The notes: generated by a model not told the origin, from the sequence alone. A stretch of DNA of 43,124 nucleotides from Bacteroidota bacterium (GCA_023393265.1 JAEWME010000188.1:1-43124); one strand, 5' to 3'; counted from the stretch's first letter, positions 8,154 to 18,795 are shown. Program-made: numbers and translations.

Positions 8154-9581
8154 CTATATCAGATTTTTAGCGGTATTTTTAATTGTCTCCCAGGCCTGGA
8201 TTACATGTTGTTCTACGGTATGCGTTTGCCCAATGCACATTCGCATGACATATTTCCCGCGAATGACTGTATGAGTGAAATACATTTTGCCGGACTGATT
8301 GATGGTTTCGAGTAATTTTTTGCTGAAATCGTTACCTTTCTTATGAGTAAAGCAGATCAGGTTGAGTGGGGCAGGGGTCACCAGTTCAAAATCGTCTGAT
8401 TGACGAACACGATTGGCAAATTCCTGCGCCAGTCGGATATGTTCGCCAATGTGGTAACGCAATCCTTCTGTTCCGTAATGTCTGATGACAAACCACAGCT
8501 TTAGCGAACGAAACCGGCGCCCGAGCTGAATGTGCCAGTCTCGGTAGTCGAAAACAGCTCCGCTTTCGGTGGCCTGATTTTTTAGGTATTCAGGGAGAAT
8601 GCTGAGCGTCTTGATCAGCACAGAGCGGTCGGCAACAAAAAAGCAGTTGCAGTCGAAATTGGTGAACATCCATTTGTGTGGATTGAACGAAAAGCTGTCG
8701 GCCAGTTCTACACCATTCAGGATAAAACGATATTCAGGACAAATGGCTGCGGTTCCCGACATGGCTGCGTCGATGTGTAGCCATAGGTTATATTTTCTGC
8801 ATATTTCTCCGATTTCGGGCAATGGATCGATGGCGTTGGTGGATGTACTTCCAACAGTGCCGCAGACAAAAAAAGGAATCAGCCCTTTTTTAATATCATT
8901 CTGAATGGTGGATTCCAGCAAATCGCTTCGCATGGCAAGATTTTCGTCTACATCAACCAGTCGCATGTTGTTTTTCCCGATGCCGGCAATTTTTACAGCT
9001 TTTTCAACCGACGAATGTGTTTGGCTCGACACATAGGCGACGAGGTTTCCGCTACATCCGTTCTCGTTGGTCTGGTAGCCAGTTTTGCGTTCGCGGGCAG
9101 CAAGTACTGCAGTTAGTGCAGCACTCGAAGCTGTGTCCTGAATAACGCCACCGCCCGTGGCAGTTGATCTGAATTTCTCAGGAAGCTGAAGCATATCGGC
9201 CAGCCAATCCATTACGCGGGTTTCAAGTTCGGTGCAAGCTGGGCTCGTTGCCCACAACATCCCCTGCACGCCGAGCCCGGACGAAAGCAAATCGCCCAGC
9301 ACCGATGGCCCCGAAGAGTTTGATGGAAAAAAAGCGTAAAAATTGGGAGACTGCCAGTGGGTGATGCCCGGCATAATGATAGAATTTACATCATTCATGA
9401 TTTGTCCGATTGACTCGCTCTTTTCTGGTGGCACCAGTGGCAATTGATTTTTGATACTTCCCGGTTTAACCTGCGAAAGTACCGGATATTGCTCAACCGT
9501 TTCGTAATAGTCGGCAATCCAGTCGATGATCTGTTTTCCTTGTTCCCTGAACTCTTCAGGAGACATGTGGTAGTTTTTCAT
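8154..9581 (-). CDS. PLP-dependent group II aromatic L-amino acid (DOPA-type) decarboxylase
   Basis: IMPGITHWQSP, TSPACTELE, HSSVEKA, WLHIDAA, SFNPHKW (PLP lysine), LGRRFRSLKLW. Start at ATG 9581. Confidence 0.92.
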   Translation of the reverse strand: MKNYHMSPEEFREQGKQIIDWIADYYETVEQYPVLSQVKPGSIKNQLPLVPPEKSESIGQIMNDVNSIIMPGITHWQSPNFYAFFPSNSSGPSVLGDLLSSGLGVQGMLWATSPACTELETRVMDWLADMLQLPEKFRSTATGGGVIQDTASSAALTAVLAARERKTGYQTNENGCSGNLVAYVSSQTHSSVEKAVKIAGIGKNNMRLVDVDENLAMRSDLLESTIQNDIKKGLIPFFVCGTVGSTSTNAIDPLPEIGEICRKYNLWLHIDAAMSGTAAICPEYRFILNGVELADSFSFNPHKWMFTNFDCNCFFVADRSVLIKTLSILPEYLKNQATESGAVFDYRDWHIQLGRRFRSLKLWFVIRHYGTEGLRYHIGEHIRLAQEFANRVRQSDDFELVTPAPLNLICFTHKKGNDFSKKLLETINQSGKMYFTHTVIRGKYVMRMCIGQTHTVEQHVIQAWETIKNTAKNLI

Positions 9582-9627
9582 GGTTTTTATGCTTGTAAAA
9601 TGAGTAGATTCTTTCCTGATAAACTTT

Positions 9628-9903
9628 TTACCTGACAGAAAAGGCGGCGAAACCACGTGGCGGAGAAAATGCTTGCACTGACACGCCAGTTACTACTGCA
9701 CGTGGAGGACCCAGTCTGAGCCAGTCGACAAATGCTGAGAGCTGATCGGGATTGCCTTCTGCTTCTATTTCTACTTTCCCGTCGTGATTGTTTCTCACCC
9801 AGCCGGTTATTTGAAGTTCTTCGGCTTTTCGTACCGCAAAATAGCGGAACCCAACGCCCTGAACCTTTCCGCTAACAACAATATGTACCGATTGGGACGG
9901 CAT
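9628..9903 (-). CDS. acyP: Acylphosphatase
   Basis: SGKVQGVGFR, GWVRN, GPPRAVV. Confidence 0.95.
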   Translation of the reverse strand: MPSQSVHIVVSGKVQGVGFRYFAVRKAEELQITGWVRNNHDGKVEIEAEGNPDQLSAFVDWLRLGPPRAVVTGVSVQAFSPPRGFAAFSVR

Positions 9904-9905
9904 GG

Positions 9906-10280
9906 TTACAAAGTACCGCCGGATGTTTCGGTGAATTCCGCAATTGCTTCAGGCTGAATCAATGCCCAGATGGAATAGATGCCAATGGCCGTGCCAAAAG
10001 GAAAGTTAAAAATTTCTATCACGGAAAGCACAAGTGTGAGAATTCTGGCCCATTCGTGCCTTTTGTAGAGTCCGATTCCGGCGAATATGCCAGGAAGAGA
10101 AATAAGTATGAAAACAATGGCAATAACATTTGCAATGATCGATAAAACCATTTCGCTTTCGGCGTTATCGACAAAACCGATGATCAGTTTAAGCACGGTG
10201 AAAATAAGCAGGGCAATGATCAGGTTAAAAACGCTCAGCCCGATTTGCAGGGCGGCAGCGACGTTGATGTGCTTCTCCAT
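9906..10280 (-). CDS. Small integral membrane protein of unknown function
   Basis: 3-4 hydrophobic segments, WARIL, FPFGTAIGIYSIWAL; 2 bp from the acyP start. Confidence 0.8.
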   Translation of the reverse strand: MEKHINVAAALQIGLSVFNLIIALLIFTVLKLIIGFVDNAESEMVLSIIANVIAIVFILISLPGIFAGIGLYKRHEWARILTLVLSVIEIFNFPFGTAIGIYSIWALIQPEAIAEFTETSGGTL

Positions 10281-10459
10281 CTGTTTAAATTTTAGTGTGT
10301 TTTTTAAGAAACTAAAAGTACAGAATATCTGATAAATCTCAACGGGACCAGAAACTTAATCGAATGGAGATGAACTAAAATGAGTTATATTTGTATAAAT
10401 CTCCAGGAGATGAAGCCATTGGCTTTTTACAGAAGAGTGTTAACAGAAAACGAAAAGAT

Positions 10460-10711
10460 ATGTTGGTTTTAAAAGTATTTCTATTGTCGGTTGCCATTAT
10501 GGCGCTGGTACTGGTGGGTTTGGCATTGCAGATTATTATGAAGAAGGGTGGAAAATTCCCCAATACTCACATTGGAAGTAATAAGTATATGAAAGAAAAC
10601 GGGGTTACATGCGCTCAGACTTATGATAAAATTGAACAGGCAAAAGTCCGGAAGGAGCTAAGGTTTAAACAACTTTCGGTTGACGATTCGGATGTGAAAT
10701 ATTTTTGCTGA
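10460..10711 (+). CDS. Small membrane-anchored hypothetical protein
   Basis: One TM segment then KKGGKFPNTHIGSNKYMKENGVTCAQ, a pattern I recognise from conserved Bacteroidota small proteins. ATG 10460. Confidence 0.75.
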   Translation: MLVLKVFLLSVAIMALVLVGLALQIIMKKGGKFPNTHIGSNKYMKENGVTCAQTYDKIEQAKVRKELRFKQLSVDDSDVKYFC

Positions 10712-10773
10712 TAACAGAGAGTTTATCAGCACTTCCCCCGGGTTGTTGTTCTACCTGTTAACCGTCGAATCAA

Positions 10774-12063
10774 ATGGTTGTCGGTATGAATAAAAACAAC
10801 ACAGTCTCAGGGTTTCTTGAGAAGCTGGTTTATGGCAAATCGGCAGAACGTTTTGAAGACAAAATACCATTGTTTACTACGCTTGCCATTTCGTTAATTC
10901 TTGTCATCAGTACTTCTTTCAATATTGCATTTGGCCTGAAAACGGAAATCATTCTTTCGTCGGCTGTTGGTGTTGTTCTTTACTTTTCGCTTTTTCTTTT
11001 CGGGCGTCTGCTCGATAAAAAGAATACTTATTCCTGGCTGGTGAGTATCTTGTCACTGGTTTACCTCGATTATTTATGGTTGATTAATTATGGGTCACTA
11101 GGTCCAATTCTGGCTCTTTTTGTGGTTCTTTACGCTTTCCTGATCTTAGTTTTCAACCGGAAATTTTTTTTCCTGATTAGCATGGTCATTCTCGCTGACC
11201 TTATTATGCTATTCCTCTTTGAATTGAAATATCCGGATTTAATAGGAACATATCCCAGTAATCGGAGCCGGTTGTTCGATGTTTATATTGGCCTTATTTT
11301 TTGCCTGATGGTCATTTTTGCATTCATGGCAACTATTAAGAAAAACTACATTAGAGAGTACGAACGGGCCAAGATGTCCGATCGGCTGAAATCGGCTTTT
11401 GTTGCCAATTTGTCACACGAAATTCGTACGCCACTCAATGCAATTGTAGGGTTTTCGTCACTAATTTCCGACACAGATGTGCCGGAAGCCGATAAGAAAA
11501 TGTATGAAGATCAGATCATCCGGAACAGTGATTATTTGCTGAATCTGATCGAAGACATCATCGACGTTTCAAAAATAGAATCCAACCAATTAACTGTGAA
11601 AGTCATCGAATTAAACATTGTTCCGGTTATTACCCGCGTAGTTCAGTCTTTTCAGTTAACCATTCCCCTGGATAAAAAGGTGAAAGTTGTAGCTGAATGT
11701 AAGTCGAACTCCGGGCAGATGATTGTGAAAGTTGACCAGTTACGGTTCGAGCAGATACTGCGTAACCTGCTTTCAAATGCTGTGAAGTTTACGGAGGAAG
11801 GGTATATCGAGGTAAGTTGCCAACGCGACGGCTCCTTTTATGTCTTCTCGGTGAAGGATACCGGTATTGGCATTCACATCGACCACCAGAAAATCATTTT
11901 CGACCGTTTCATGAAAATAGATAACAGCAAGCAACACTTGTATCGCGGCACGGGCATCGGCCTGTTTCTCTCCCGACAGTTAGTCGAAATGTTTGGCGGA
12001 AAAATTTGGGTCGAATCAGAAGTTGGGAAAGGGTCAAACTTCTATTTTACCATTCCCGTGTGA
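10774..12063 (+). CDS. Multi-TM sensor histidine kinase (orphan)
   Basis: About 6 TM segments, FVANLSHEIRTPLN, NLLSNAVKFT, DTGIGI, GTGIGL. Confidence 0.93.
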   Translation: MVVGMNKNNTVSGFLEKLVYGKSAERFEDKIPLFTTLAISLILVISTSFNIAFGLKTEIILSSAVGVVLYFSLFLFGRLLDKKNTYSWLVSILSLVYLDYLWLINYGSLGPILALFVVLYAFLILVFNRKFFFLISMVILADLIMLFLFELKYPDLIGTYPSNRSRLFDVYIGLIFCLMVIFAFMATIKKNYIREYERAKMSDRLKSAFVANLSHEIRTPLNAIVGFSSLISDTDVPEADKKMYEDQIIRNSDYLLNLIEDIIDVSKIESNQLTVKVIELNIVPVITRVVQSFQLTIPLDKKVKVVAECKSNSGQMIVKVDQLRFEQILRNLLSNAVKFTEEGYIEVSCQRDGSFYVFSVKDTGIGIHIDHQKIIFDRFMKIDNSKQHLYRGTGIGLFLSRQLVEMFGGKIWVESEVGKGSNFYFTIPV

Positions 12064-12866
12064 GCACCAAGTTGCGTAAGTTTTGAGTTTCCTGATGTTG
12101 CCTGAATAAAGCGGATGCAAAGTTCGTTGAAACGCACAGCTTGATCCAGGTTGCAGCAGTGCCCGGCATTCCGGATGATTTCGAGTTTCGAGTTCACCTG
12201 GTTTTTAACCAGGTTGCTGACCATCGGCAAAAACATGTGATCCGAATCGCCCATCAGGTAGAGCACCGGAGCCGAAGCTTCCCGACGGATAAAATCATTC
12301 AGGTTCGATTTAATTTCTCCTGTCATCTTCATCCATTTCCTGAATTCTTTTTCGCCCAGTTTGATGGCCTCCTGAATGAACACGTTTCTCGATTCTCGAT
12401 GGCGTTTATAAGGCATCAAAATTAGGGCATTGAGTTTATATAACCACATGTAAGGCAAAACCGTATTCAGTATTTTAGCCGTTCCAATCAACACTTTGAT
12501 GGTTTTATTGAATTGAATGACGGCTCCGCCAAGTACAATCGACTCAGCTCTGCCAGGAGCCAGTTTGTCGATTGCCCTGATGACAATACAACCCAGCGAG
12601 ATACCCACAAAATGTGCCTTCAAAATACTCAGTTGGTTCATGATTCTGACCACATCGAGTGCAACATCATCGAGCGAATAATCGGCATCGTCGCCGCTCT
12701 CTGGCTTCGATTTGCCATGCCCGCGCAAATCTATCAGTAAAACATTGAAGTGTTTTCTGAATTCTTTCAGTTGGCGAAACCAAACCACATTGCTGCCACC
12801 GGCACCATGAATAAACACAACCCAGGTGTCCGTTTCGGGGCGTACAAACTGACGGTAATAAATCAT
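12042..12866 (-). CDS. Alpha/beta-fold hydrolase
   Basis: FIHGAGG, DLRGHGKS, nucleophile elbow GISLG, GDSD, AGH. Its 3' end overlaps the kinase 3' end by 22 bp. Confidence 0.9.
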   Translation of the reverse strand: MIYYRQFVRPETDTWVVFIHGAGGSNVVWFRQLKEFRKHFNVLLIDLRGHGKSKPESGDDADYSLDDVALDVVRIMNQLSILKAHFVGISLGCIVIRAIDKLAPGRAESIVLGGAVIQFNKTIKVLIGTAKILNTVLPYMWLYKLNALILMPYKRHRESRNVFIQEAIKLGEKEFRKWMKMTGEIKSNLNDFIRREASAPVLYLMGDSDHMFLPMVSNLVKNQVNSKLEIIRNAGHCCNLDQAVRFNELCIRFIQATSGNSKLTQLGAHTGMVK

Positions 12867-12887
12867 CGGTGAAGAAAATTATTGAGG

Positions 12888-12923
12888 CAAAAGAAAAGAC
12901 GCCGGGAAGGGCGCCTTTTCTTT
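12888..12923 (-). terminator. Terminator of the nqr operon
   Basis: AAAGAAAAGACGCC-N6-GGCGCCTTTTCTTT just downstream of nqrF. Confidence 0.75.
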
Positions 12924-12939
12924 GAAAGAATATTTTTGA

Positions 12940-14196
12940 CTATCCGCCGAAGTCGTCGAACAGAATATTTTCGTTTGGAACTCCCAAATCGTACAGCATT
13001 TTATTCACAGCGCTGTTCATCATGGGCGGTCCGCAAAGGTAGTAGTCAATTTCTTCCGGTTCTTCGTGCTTACTCAGATACTGATCGTAGATCACCTGGT
13101 GGATGAAGCCTTTGTGGCCGGTCCAGTTATCTTCTGGTTGCGGGTCGGAAAGCGCCAGGTTGAAGCTGAAATTCGGGAAGTTTTCCTGAATGTGCATGAA
13201 TTCTTCGTAGTAGAATACTTCTCTCCACGAGCGGGCTCCGTACCAGAAAGTCACTTTCTTTTTGGATTCCTTCACGGTATGGAACAAGTGGAACAGGTGA
13301 GAACGCATCGGAGCCATTCCGGCGCCACCACCGATAAACATCATTTCATTGTCGTTGTCTTTCAGGAAGAATTCTCCGTAGGGACCCGAAACGGTGACTT
13401 TATCGCCCGGTTTGCGCGAGAAAATATATGAAGAACAAATACCAGGATTTATCTTCTGGAAACCACCGTTGACGCGGTCGAACGGAGGTGTTGCGATACG
13501 GATATTCAGCATCACGATGTTTCCTTCTGCGGGGTGGTTGGCCATTGAATAGGCGCGGAACGTCGGTTCCGGATTTTTCATCTGGAGGTTGAACATGCCA
13601 TAGCGTTCCCATTCGGGGCGATATTCGTCGCCGATCACCATGTCTTTGAAATCGACATTGATCGCCGGAACGTCAATCTGAATATAACCACCTGATTTGA
13701 AGTTGAGGTTTTCTCCTTCGGGAAGCCTAACCACAAATTCTTTAATATAGGTGGCAACGTTGTTGTTTGAAACCACTTCGCATTCCCACTTTTTGACGCC
13801 CAGTACGTGCTCCGGCACCTTGATTTTCATGTCTTCGCGCACTTTCACCTGGCAGCCTAAGCGCCAGTTGTCCTGCTGTTCTTTCCGGGTAAAATGGTCG
13901 GTCTCAGTTGCAAGGATTGAGCCACCACCGTCGATAACCTGGCAACGGCATTGTGCGCAGGTTCCGCCACCACCACAAGCTGATGGAAGGAAAATGCCAT
14001 TTTCAGAAAGGGTTGATAAAAGCGAGGAGCCCGGATTCACTTCGACATCCTTCTCGCCATTGATATTGATTTTCACTTTGCCTGTAGCGGTAAGTCTCGC
14101 GCGGGCAAATAATAAGGTCGCAACCAGGGCCAACACAATAACCAGAAAGGCGATAATGCTGGCGATTATAACAAAGGTAACTGATCCTAATATCAT
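12940..14196 (-). CDS. nqrF: Na+-translocating NADH:quinone reductase subunit F
   Basis: SACGGGGTCAQC (2Fe-2S), RAYSMAN, GGGAGMAPMRS, CGPPMM, C-terminal DDFGG. Confidence 0.98.
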   Translation of the reverse strand: MILGSVTFVIIASIIAFLVIVLALVATLLFARARLTATGKVKININGEKDVEVNPGSSLLSTLSENGIFLPSACGGGGTCAQCRCQVIDGGGSILATETDHFTRKEQQDNWRLGCQVKVREDMKIKVPEHVLGVKKWECEVVSNNNVATYIKEFVVRLPEGENLNFKSGGYIQIDVPAINVDFKDMVIGDEYRPEWERYGMFNLQMKNPEPTFRAYSMANHPAEGNIVMLNIRIATPPFDRVNGGFQKINPGICSSYIFSRKPGDKVTVSGPYGEFFLKDNDNEMMFIGGGAGMAPMRSHLFHLFHTVKESKKKVTFWYGARSWREVFYYEEFMHIQENFPNFSFNLALSDPQPEDNWTGHKGFIHQVIYDQYLSKHEEPEEIDYYLCGPPMMNSAVNKMLYDLGVPNENILFDDFGG

Positions 14197-14217
14197 CGGA
14201 GTTGAATTTTAGTAGTA

Positions 14218-14835
14218 TTAAATTTTGATTCCCAGGAAGCTCATAAAAGCAATCCCCATTAAGCCGGTCACAATAAAAGTAATTCCAATTCCCCTTAACG
14301 GCGCTGGTATTTGGTTGTATTTCATCTTTTCTCGTATAGCAGCCAGCGAAACGATGGCCAATGCCCAACCGATACCTGAGCCAAGTCCCCAGGCAAAAAC
14401 ATCACTGATATTTTTGTAATCACGCTGTTCCATGAAAAGCGAGCCTCCAAGTATGGCGCAGTTCACAGCGATCAGTGGAAGGAAAATACCCAGCGAGTTG
14501 TAAAGTGCCGGTGAGAATTTTTCGACGATCATTTCAACCAACTGAACCATTGCTGCAATGGTGGCAATGTAAACCATAAAGCTCAGGAAAGAAAGATCAA
14601 CTTCTTTAAAGCTTTCACCAAGCCAAGCCAATGCGCCGGGTTTCATCACATATTTCAATAACAGGTAGTTGACCGGAACAGTAATGATCTGAACGAAAAC
14701 AACAGCAACTCCTAATCCAATTGATGTTTTGACAGTCTTCGAAACCGCCAGGTATGAACACATACCCAGGAAGAAGGCGAAGATCATATTGTCGATGAAA
14801 ATCGACCGGATAACTATATTAAAAAATTCTTGCAT
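14218..14835 (-). CDS. nqrE: Na+-NQR subunit E
   Basis: [29 protein letters not shown]. Confidence 0.97.
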   Translation of the reverse strand: MQEFFNIVIRSIFIDNMIFAFFLGMCSYLAVSKTVKTSIGLGVAVVFVQIITVPVNYLLLKYVMKPGALAWLGESFKEVDLSFLSFMVYIATIAAMVQLVEMIVEKFSPALYNSLGIFLPLIAVNCAILGGSLFMEQRDYKNISDVFAWGLGSGIGWALAIVSLAAIREKMKYNQIPAPLRGIGITFIVTGLMGIAFMSFLGIKI

Positions 14836-14854
14836 GATCAGTAGTGTTTAGGAA

Positions 14855-15487
14855 TTAATCTTTTTCAATCAGTTCTTTATTGAAGCTTCGCTGTATCCAA
14901 ATAATCACTCCGACGAGGATCAATGCAGCAGTTGGCATAATCATCATCCCGTTGTTGATGTAACCAGCGTCGAAGAACGATTGCGGAATTACTTTAAAGC
15001 CAAGTACTTCTCCTGAACCAAAAAGCTCGCGGATTAATCCGACAACAATCAGGATCATGGCGTATCCAAGCCCGTTGCCGACACCATCGACGAACGAAGG
15101 CCATGGTTTATTTCCCATAGCAAATGCTTCGAGACGACCCATGATGATACAGTTGGTGATGATCAATCCTACATATACCGAAAGCTGTTTGCTCACGTCG
15201 TAAACAAAAGCCCGCAACACCTGGTCAACCAGGATTACCATCGAAGCAACCACAACCAACTGAACAATGATTCGGATGCGTGGAGGAATATAGTTTCTCA
15301 TCGCTGAAATCACCAGGTTCGATACGGCAGTAACTACCATCACCGACAAACCCATTACAATGGCTGGTTTCAGTTTAACTGTAACAGCCAGTGCCGAACA
15401 AATGCCCAGAATCTGCACCGTCACCGGGTTCTGTAGATTCAGTGGCGTTGACAGCAGTTTGAAGTTTTTTGAAGAAAATATGCTCAT
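14855..15487 (-). CDS. nqrD: Na+-NQR subunit D
   Basis: LGICSALAVT, GLIITNCIIMGRLEAFA. Confidence 0.97.
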   Translation of the reverse strand: MSIFSSKNFKLLSTPLNLQNPVTVQILGICSALAVTVKLKPAIVMGLSVMVVTAVSNLVISAMRNYIPPRIRIIVQLVVVASMVILVDQVLRAFVYDVSKQLSVYVGLIITNCIIMGRLEAFAMGNKPWPSFVDGVGNGLGYAMILIVVGLIRELFGSGEVLGFKVIPQSFFDAGYINNGMMIMPTAALILVGVIIWIQRSFNKELIEKD

Positions 15488-15499
15488 TGCTATCGGATA

Positions 15500-16204
15500 T
15501 TAATGACGGTTTTGAATAAAGTATGTTTTGTACTGAACCAGGCAGGAGTCGAGCATTGCCTCAAGACCTTTTGAAGTAATTGTGCCTCCTGAAATAGCAT
15601 CCACCGCATGTGGATTGTCTTTTGGCGCACCGCCTTTCAGAACTTGAATTGAAACAAAACTGGTTGAATCCTTAAATAGCGTTTTGCCTGAAAACGGTGT
15701 CTGGAAAGCAGGCGTAGCGATTTCAGCACCCAATCCGGGGGTTTCGCCCTGGTGGTCGAAAATAACACCATAAACTGTGTTCATGTCGGGTTCAACCGAG
15801 ACATAGCCCCAAATTGGTCCCCAAAGACCTTTACCTCTGACCGGCAAAACGTAAGCATTCGACTGGTTGTCAAGCGTTCCAACAAATACCGGGAGTAAAC
15901 GCTGCGCAGCCGGTTTTTCGAGTTCGGCTTTCAGATCCACAGCAAAAGCATCAACGCCTTCCTGCTTTTCGCCCTTGTTGTTCACCGCATAGCTGTCGGT
16001 GATGTATTTGGCATACAGGTCAACGGCGTCTTTGGGTGTTGAGTTGATGTGCAATGAAGCCAGAATATTCTGTTTCTTTTCCACCTCGATATTTTTATCC
16101 TGAAACGGTTTCAACTGCAATGCGGCCATCGACAGAAGCAATGCCACAAGTACAACCATCACCGTCGAAAAGATAAATATGTATGTATTGCTAAAATTTT
16201 TCAT
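15500..16204 (-). CDS. nqrC: Na+-NQR subunit C
   Basis: GKGLWGPIWG, ETPGLGAEI, FMN attachment motif DAISGGTITS. Start at ATG 16204. Confidence 0.97.
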   Translation of the reverse strand: MKNFSNTYIFIFSTVMVVLVALLLSMAALQLKPFQDKNIEVEKKQNILASLHINSTPKDAVDLYAKYITDSYAVNNKGEKQEGVDAFAVDLKAELEKPAAQRLLPVFVGTLDNQSNAYVLPVRGKGLWGPIWGYVSVEPDMNTVYGVIFDHQGETPGLGAEIATPAFQTPFSGKTLFKDSTSFVSIQVLKGGAPKDNPHAVDAISGGTITSKGLEAMLDSCLVQYKTYFIQNRH

Positions 16205-16215
16205 TGTATTCCGTT

Positions 16216-17379
16216 TTAGGCGTTTGCTTTTAATTTGGCTCTTTTCAGTCTGCCTTTGATGTGGCTGTTCACAACGAAGTAGTCGATCAGGGGTGCCCAC
16301 ACGTTCATCAGCAGGATGGCGAGCATCATTCCTTCAGGATAAGCCGGGTTGAAAACACGGATCATCACAGCCAAAGCACCGATCATGAATCCATAAATCC
16401 ACTTGCCTTTTTCGGTGTGCGAAGCAGTCACAGGATCGGTGGCCATAAATACGGCTCCAAATGCAAAACCGCCCATCACCAGATGATAGTATGCGGGAAG
16501 CGCCATGTAATCGTTCAGTGGGAAAAGGTTGCAGAGGAACCCGACACCAAGCGCACCAAGTACAACCGAAAGCATGATTTTCCAGCTTCCAATGCCGGTG
16601 AAGATCAAAATGGCGGCGCCAATCAGCACTGCCAAAGTGGAAGTTTCACCAACTGATCCGGGAATGAAACCCATAAACATGTCGCCGAACGAAGCCATCT
16701 TCGAAGCAGCGCCCTGTGCTACCTGTGCAAGTGGTGTTGCGCCCGAGAAACCGTCGATGGCGGCTTGATTGGGTAAGTCGTAAACCCAAACGGCGTCGCC
16801 AGACATTTGAGATGGATAGGCAAAGAACAGGAATGCGCGGGCAATCAGTGCCACGTTCATGATGTTATAACCGGTTCCGCCAAAAATTTCTTTTCCGAAG
16901 ACTACTGCAAAAGCAACAGCCAGCGCAACCATCCACAGCGGGATGTTGACCGGAAGAATCAGCGGGATCAGGATTCCGGTTACCAAAAAACCTTCGTTTA
17001 CTTCGTGTCCGCGAATCTGGGCAGCAATAAATTCAATTCCAAGTCCAACCACATACGAAACAATGATGATCGGAAGCAACTTCAGGAAACCGAAAAAGAA
17101 GTTTTCAAGGATTCCGCGTTCAACTCCGAATGCCAGTCCGTTCTGATAGCCGATGTTCCAGCTTCCGAAAAGAAGCGCCGGAATAAGGGCCACAATCACT
17201 ACGGTCATGGTTCTTTTCAAATCGATGGCATCGTGAATGTGTGAGCCTGATTTGGAAGTATGATTGGGGGTAAAAAGGAAGGTCTCAATAGCGCCAAAGG
17301 TTGATCCCAGTTTGGCCAGCTTTCCACCTTTCTGAAAAAGTGGCTTCTTATTGTCTAAAAATTTTCTGAGTGATTTCAT
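16216..17379 (-). CDS. nqrB: Na+-NQR subunit B
   Basis: DLKRTM, KEIFGGTG, FMN motif SGATPL, MATDPVT, YPEGMMLAIL. Confidence 0.97.
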   Translation of the reverse strand: MKSLRKFLDNKKPLFQKGGKLAKLGSTFGAIETFLFTPNHTSKSGSHIHDAIDLKRTMTVVIVALIPALLFGSWNIGYQNGLAFGVERGILENFFFGFLKLLPIIIVSYVVGLGIEFIAAQIRGHEVNEGFLVTGILIPLILPVNIPLWMVALAVAFAVVFGKEIFGGTGYNIMNVALIARAFLFFAYPSQMSGDAVWVYDLPNQAAIDGFSGATPLAQVAQGAASKMASFGDMFMGFIPGSVGETSTLAVLIGAAILIFTGIGSWKIMLSVVLGALGVGFLCNLFPLNDYMALPAYYHLVMGGFAFGAVFMATDPVTASHTEKGKWIYGFMIGALAVMIRVFNPAYPEGMMLAILLMNVWAPLIDYFVVNSHIKGRLKRAKLKANA

Positions 17380-17405
17380 CTATCTCGAATGACTTTAATT
17401 TTCAA

Positions 17406-18761
17406 TTAATTACCCAGTTCTTTAATCATCAGGTTGATGCCATCGCGCAAAATGCGCTGAACCTCAATCTTCGATGTACATACATATTCGCACAAAGCCA
17501 TGTCTTCTTCGATCACGTCGTAGATTCCCAACTGCTCCATCTTGTCGATGTCTTCGGCAATGATGGCTTTCATCAGGAAAACCGGAAAAATGTTCATCGG
17601 GAGCACTTTGTCATATTGGCCGGTCATTACATAAGCTCGTTCCTCACCATTCAGGTTGGCATCGGCGACATAAGTTTTCTTCGGCATCAGCCACGAAAAA
17701 TAGGATTTCGATAAGCTGAATTTATTGAAGCGTGGCATGGCCCAGCCGAGGAATTCGTAATAGTCGCCTTCGGGAATAACCGTAATCTGGTTATCATAGA
17801 AGCTCATAAAATCATCCTCTTCAACATGTTGGCCTGTCAGTACATTTCCTGAAATGAAACGCTCGTGGCCGGCTTTTTTTGTCGTGCTTTTTAATAAGCC
17901 TGAAAGATTGGTTCCGAGTAAAGCCTTGTAGTATTTTGGCGCTGAAACTTCTGAACCCGCCAGTGCAATGATTTTGGTGAAGTCGGCTTTGCCGGTTTCG
18001 AAAAGCCGTCCGATGAGCGCCACATCCTGTGCATTGATTGTCCAGATAATCTCTCCTTTTGCCAGCGGACTGATCTGGTGAATCTGGACGCCTACGTTTC
18101 CTGCCGGGTGCGGACCGTTGTATTGCGTAATTTCAATATTTTTAATTCCTGAAAAGAACCCGTTTGCCTGTTCGGGTTTGATGCCAACATGAATTTTTCC
18201 GTCGGTGAGTTTTGCCAGCGCGTTAACACCGGTTTGAAAGGCCGATGTCTGGTCTTTCAGGATAAATTCATAATCGGGAGCCAAAGGTGCTGAGTCGAAG
18301 CCAGAAATAAAAATGTGCAATGGGTTGCCGTTGATTTTTGCAACAGTTCCGTAAGGACGCTGTTTCAAAAATGCCCACATTCCACTGTTTTTCAGTTGGT
18401 CTTTAATCTCTTCGCGCGAAAGTTTCGAGGGATCGGCTTTGCGGAATTCAAGCGATTCGTTTTTGCCGTTCGCCTTGATGACGATCTCCAGTACCTTTCT
18501 CCGTTCGCCTCTGTTGACAGACAACACCTCGCCACTGGTAGGAGCAGTAAATAAAATTTCGGGATTGTATTTATCGAAGAAAACGGGTTCGCCAGCTTTA
18601 ACTTCCTGACCTGGTTTCACCAAAATTTTAGGGGTGAGACCGGGAAAATCTGTCGGCTTCAGGGCGACCTTGTCTGCTTCGATCGAAGTTCCAAGAACCT
18701 TTTCGGCATCCCCTTTCAAACGGATGTTTAATCCACGTTTTAGATTGATAACCTTTGACAT
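17406..18761 (-). CDS. nqrA: Na+-NQR subunit A
   Basis: RGERRKVLEIVI, GPHPAGNVG, EEDMALCEYVCTSK. Confidence 0.97.
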   Translation of the reverse strand: MSKVINLKRGLNIRLKGDAEKVLGTSIEADKVALKPTDFPGLTPKILVKPGQEVKAGEPVFFDKYNPEILFTAPTSGEVLSVNRGERRKVLEIVIKANGKNESLEFRKADPSKLSREEIKDQLKNSGMWAFLKQRPYGTVAKINGNPLHIFISGFDSAPLAPDYEFILKDQTSAFQTGVNALAKLTDGKIHVGIKPEQANGFFSGIKNIEITQYNGPHPAGNVGVQIHQISPLAKGEIIWTINAQDVALIGRLFETGKADFTKIIALAGSEVSAPKYYKALLGTNLSGLLKSTTKKAGHERFISGNVLTGQHVEEDDFMSFYDNQITVIPEGDYYEFLGWAMPRFNKFSLSKSYFSWLMPKKTYVADANLNGEERAYVMTGQYDKVLPMNIFPVFLMKAIIAEDIDKMEQLGIYDVIEEDMALCEYVCTSKIEVQRILRDGINLMIKELGN

Positions 18762-18795
18762 TAGTATTCCCTTGTATGGTTAATAATTAGGATGG

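Noticed and set aside
10706..10731. Hairpin TGCTGATAA-N8-TTATCAGCA as an intrinsic terminator
   Set aside because: The inverted repeat is real but AT-rich and has no U-tract, so its function cannot be supported
12940..18761. nqr operon as a novel system
   Set aside because: Canonical nqrA-F order and motifs. The absence of adjacent apbE/nqrM is not informative because they can lie elsewhere.
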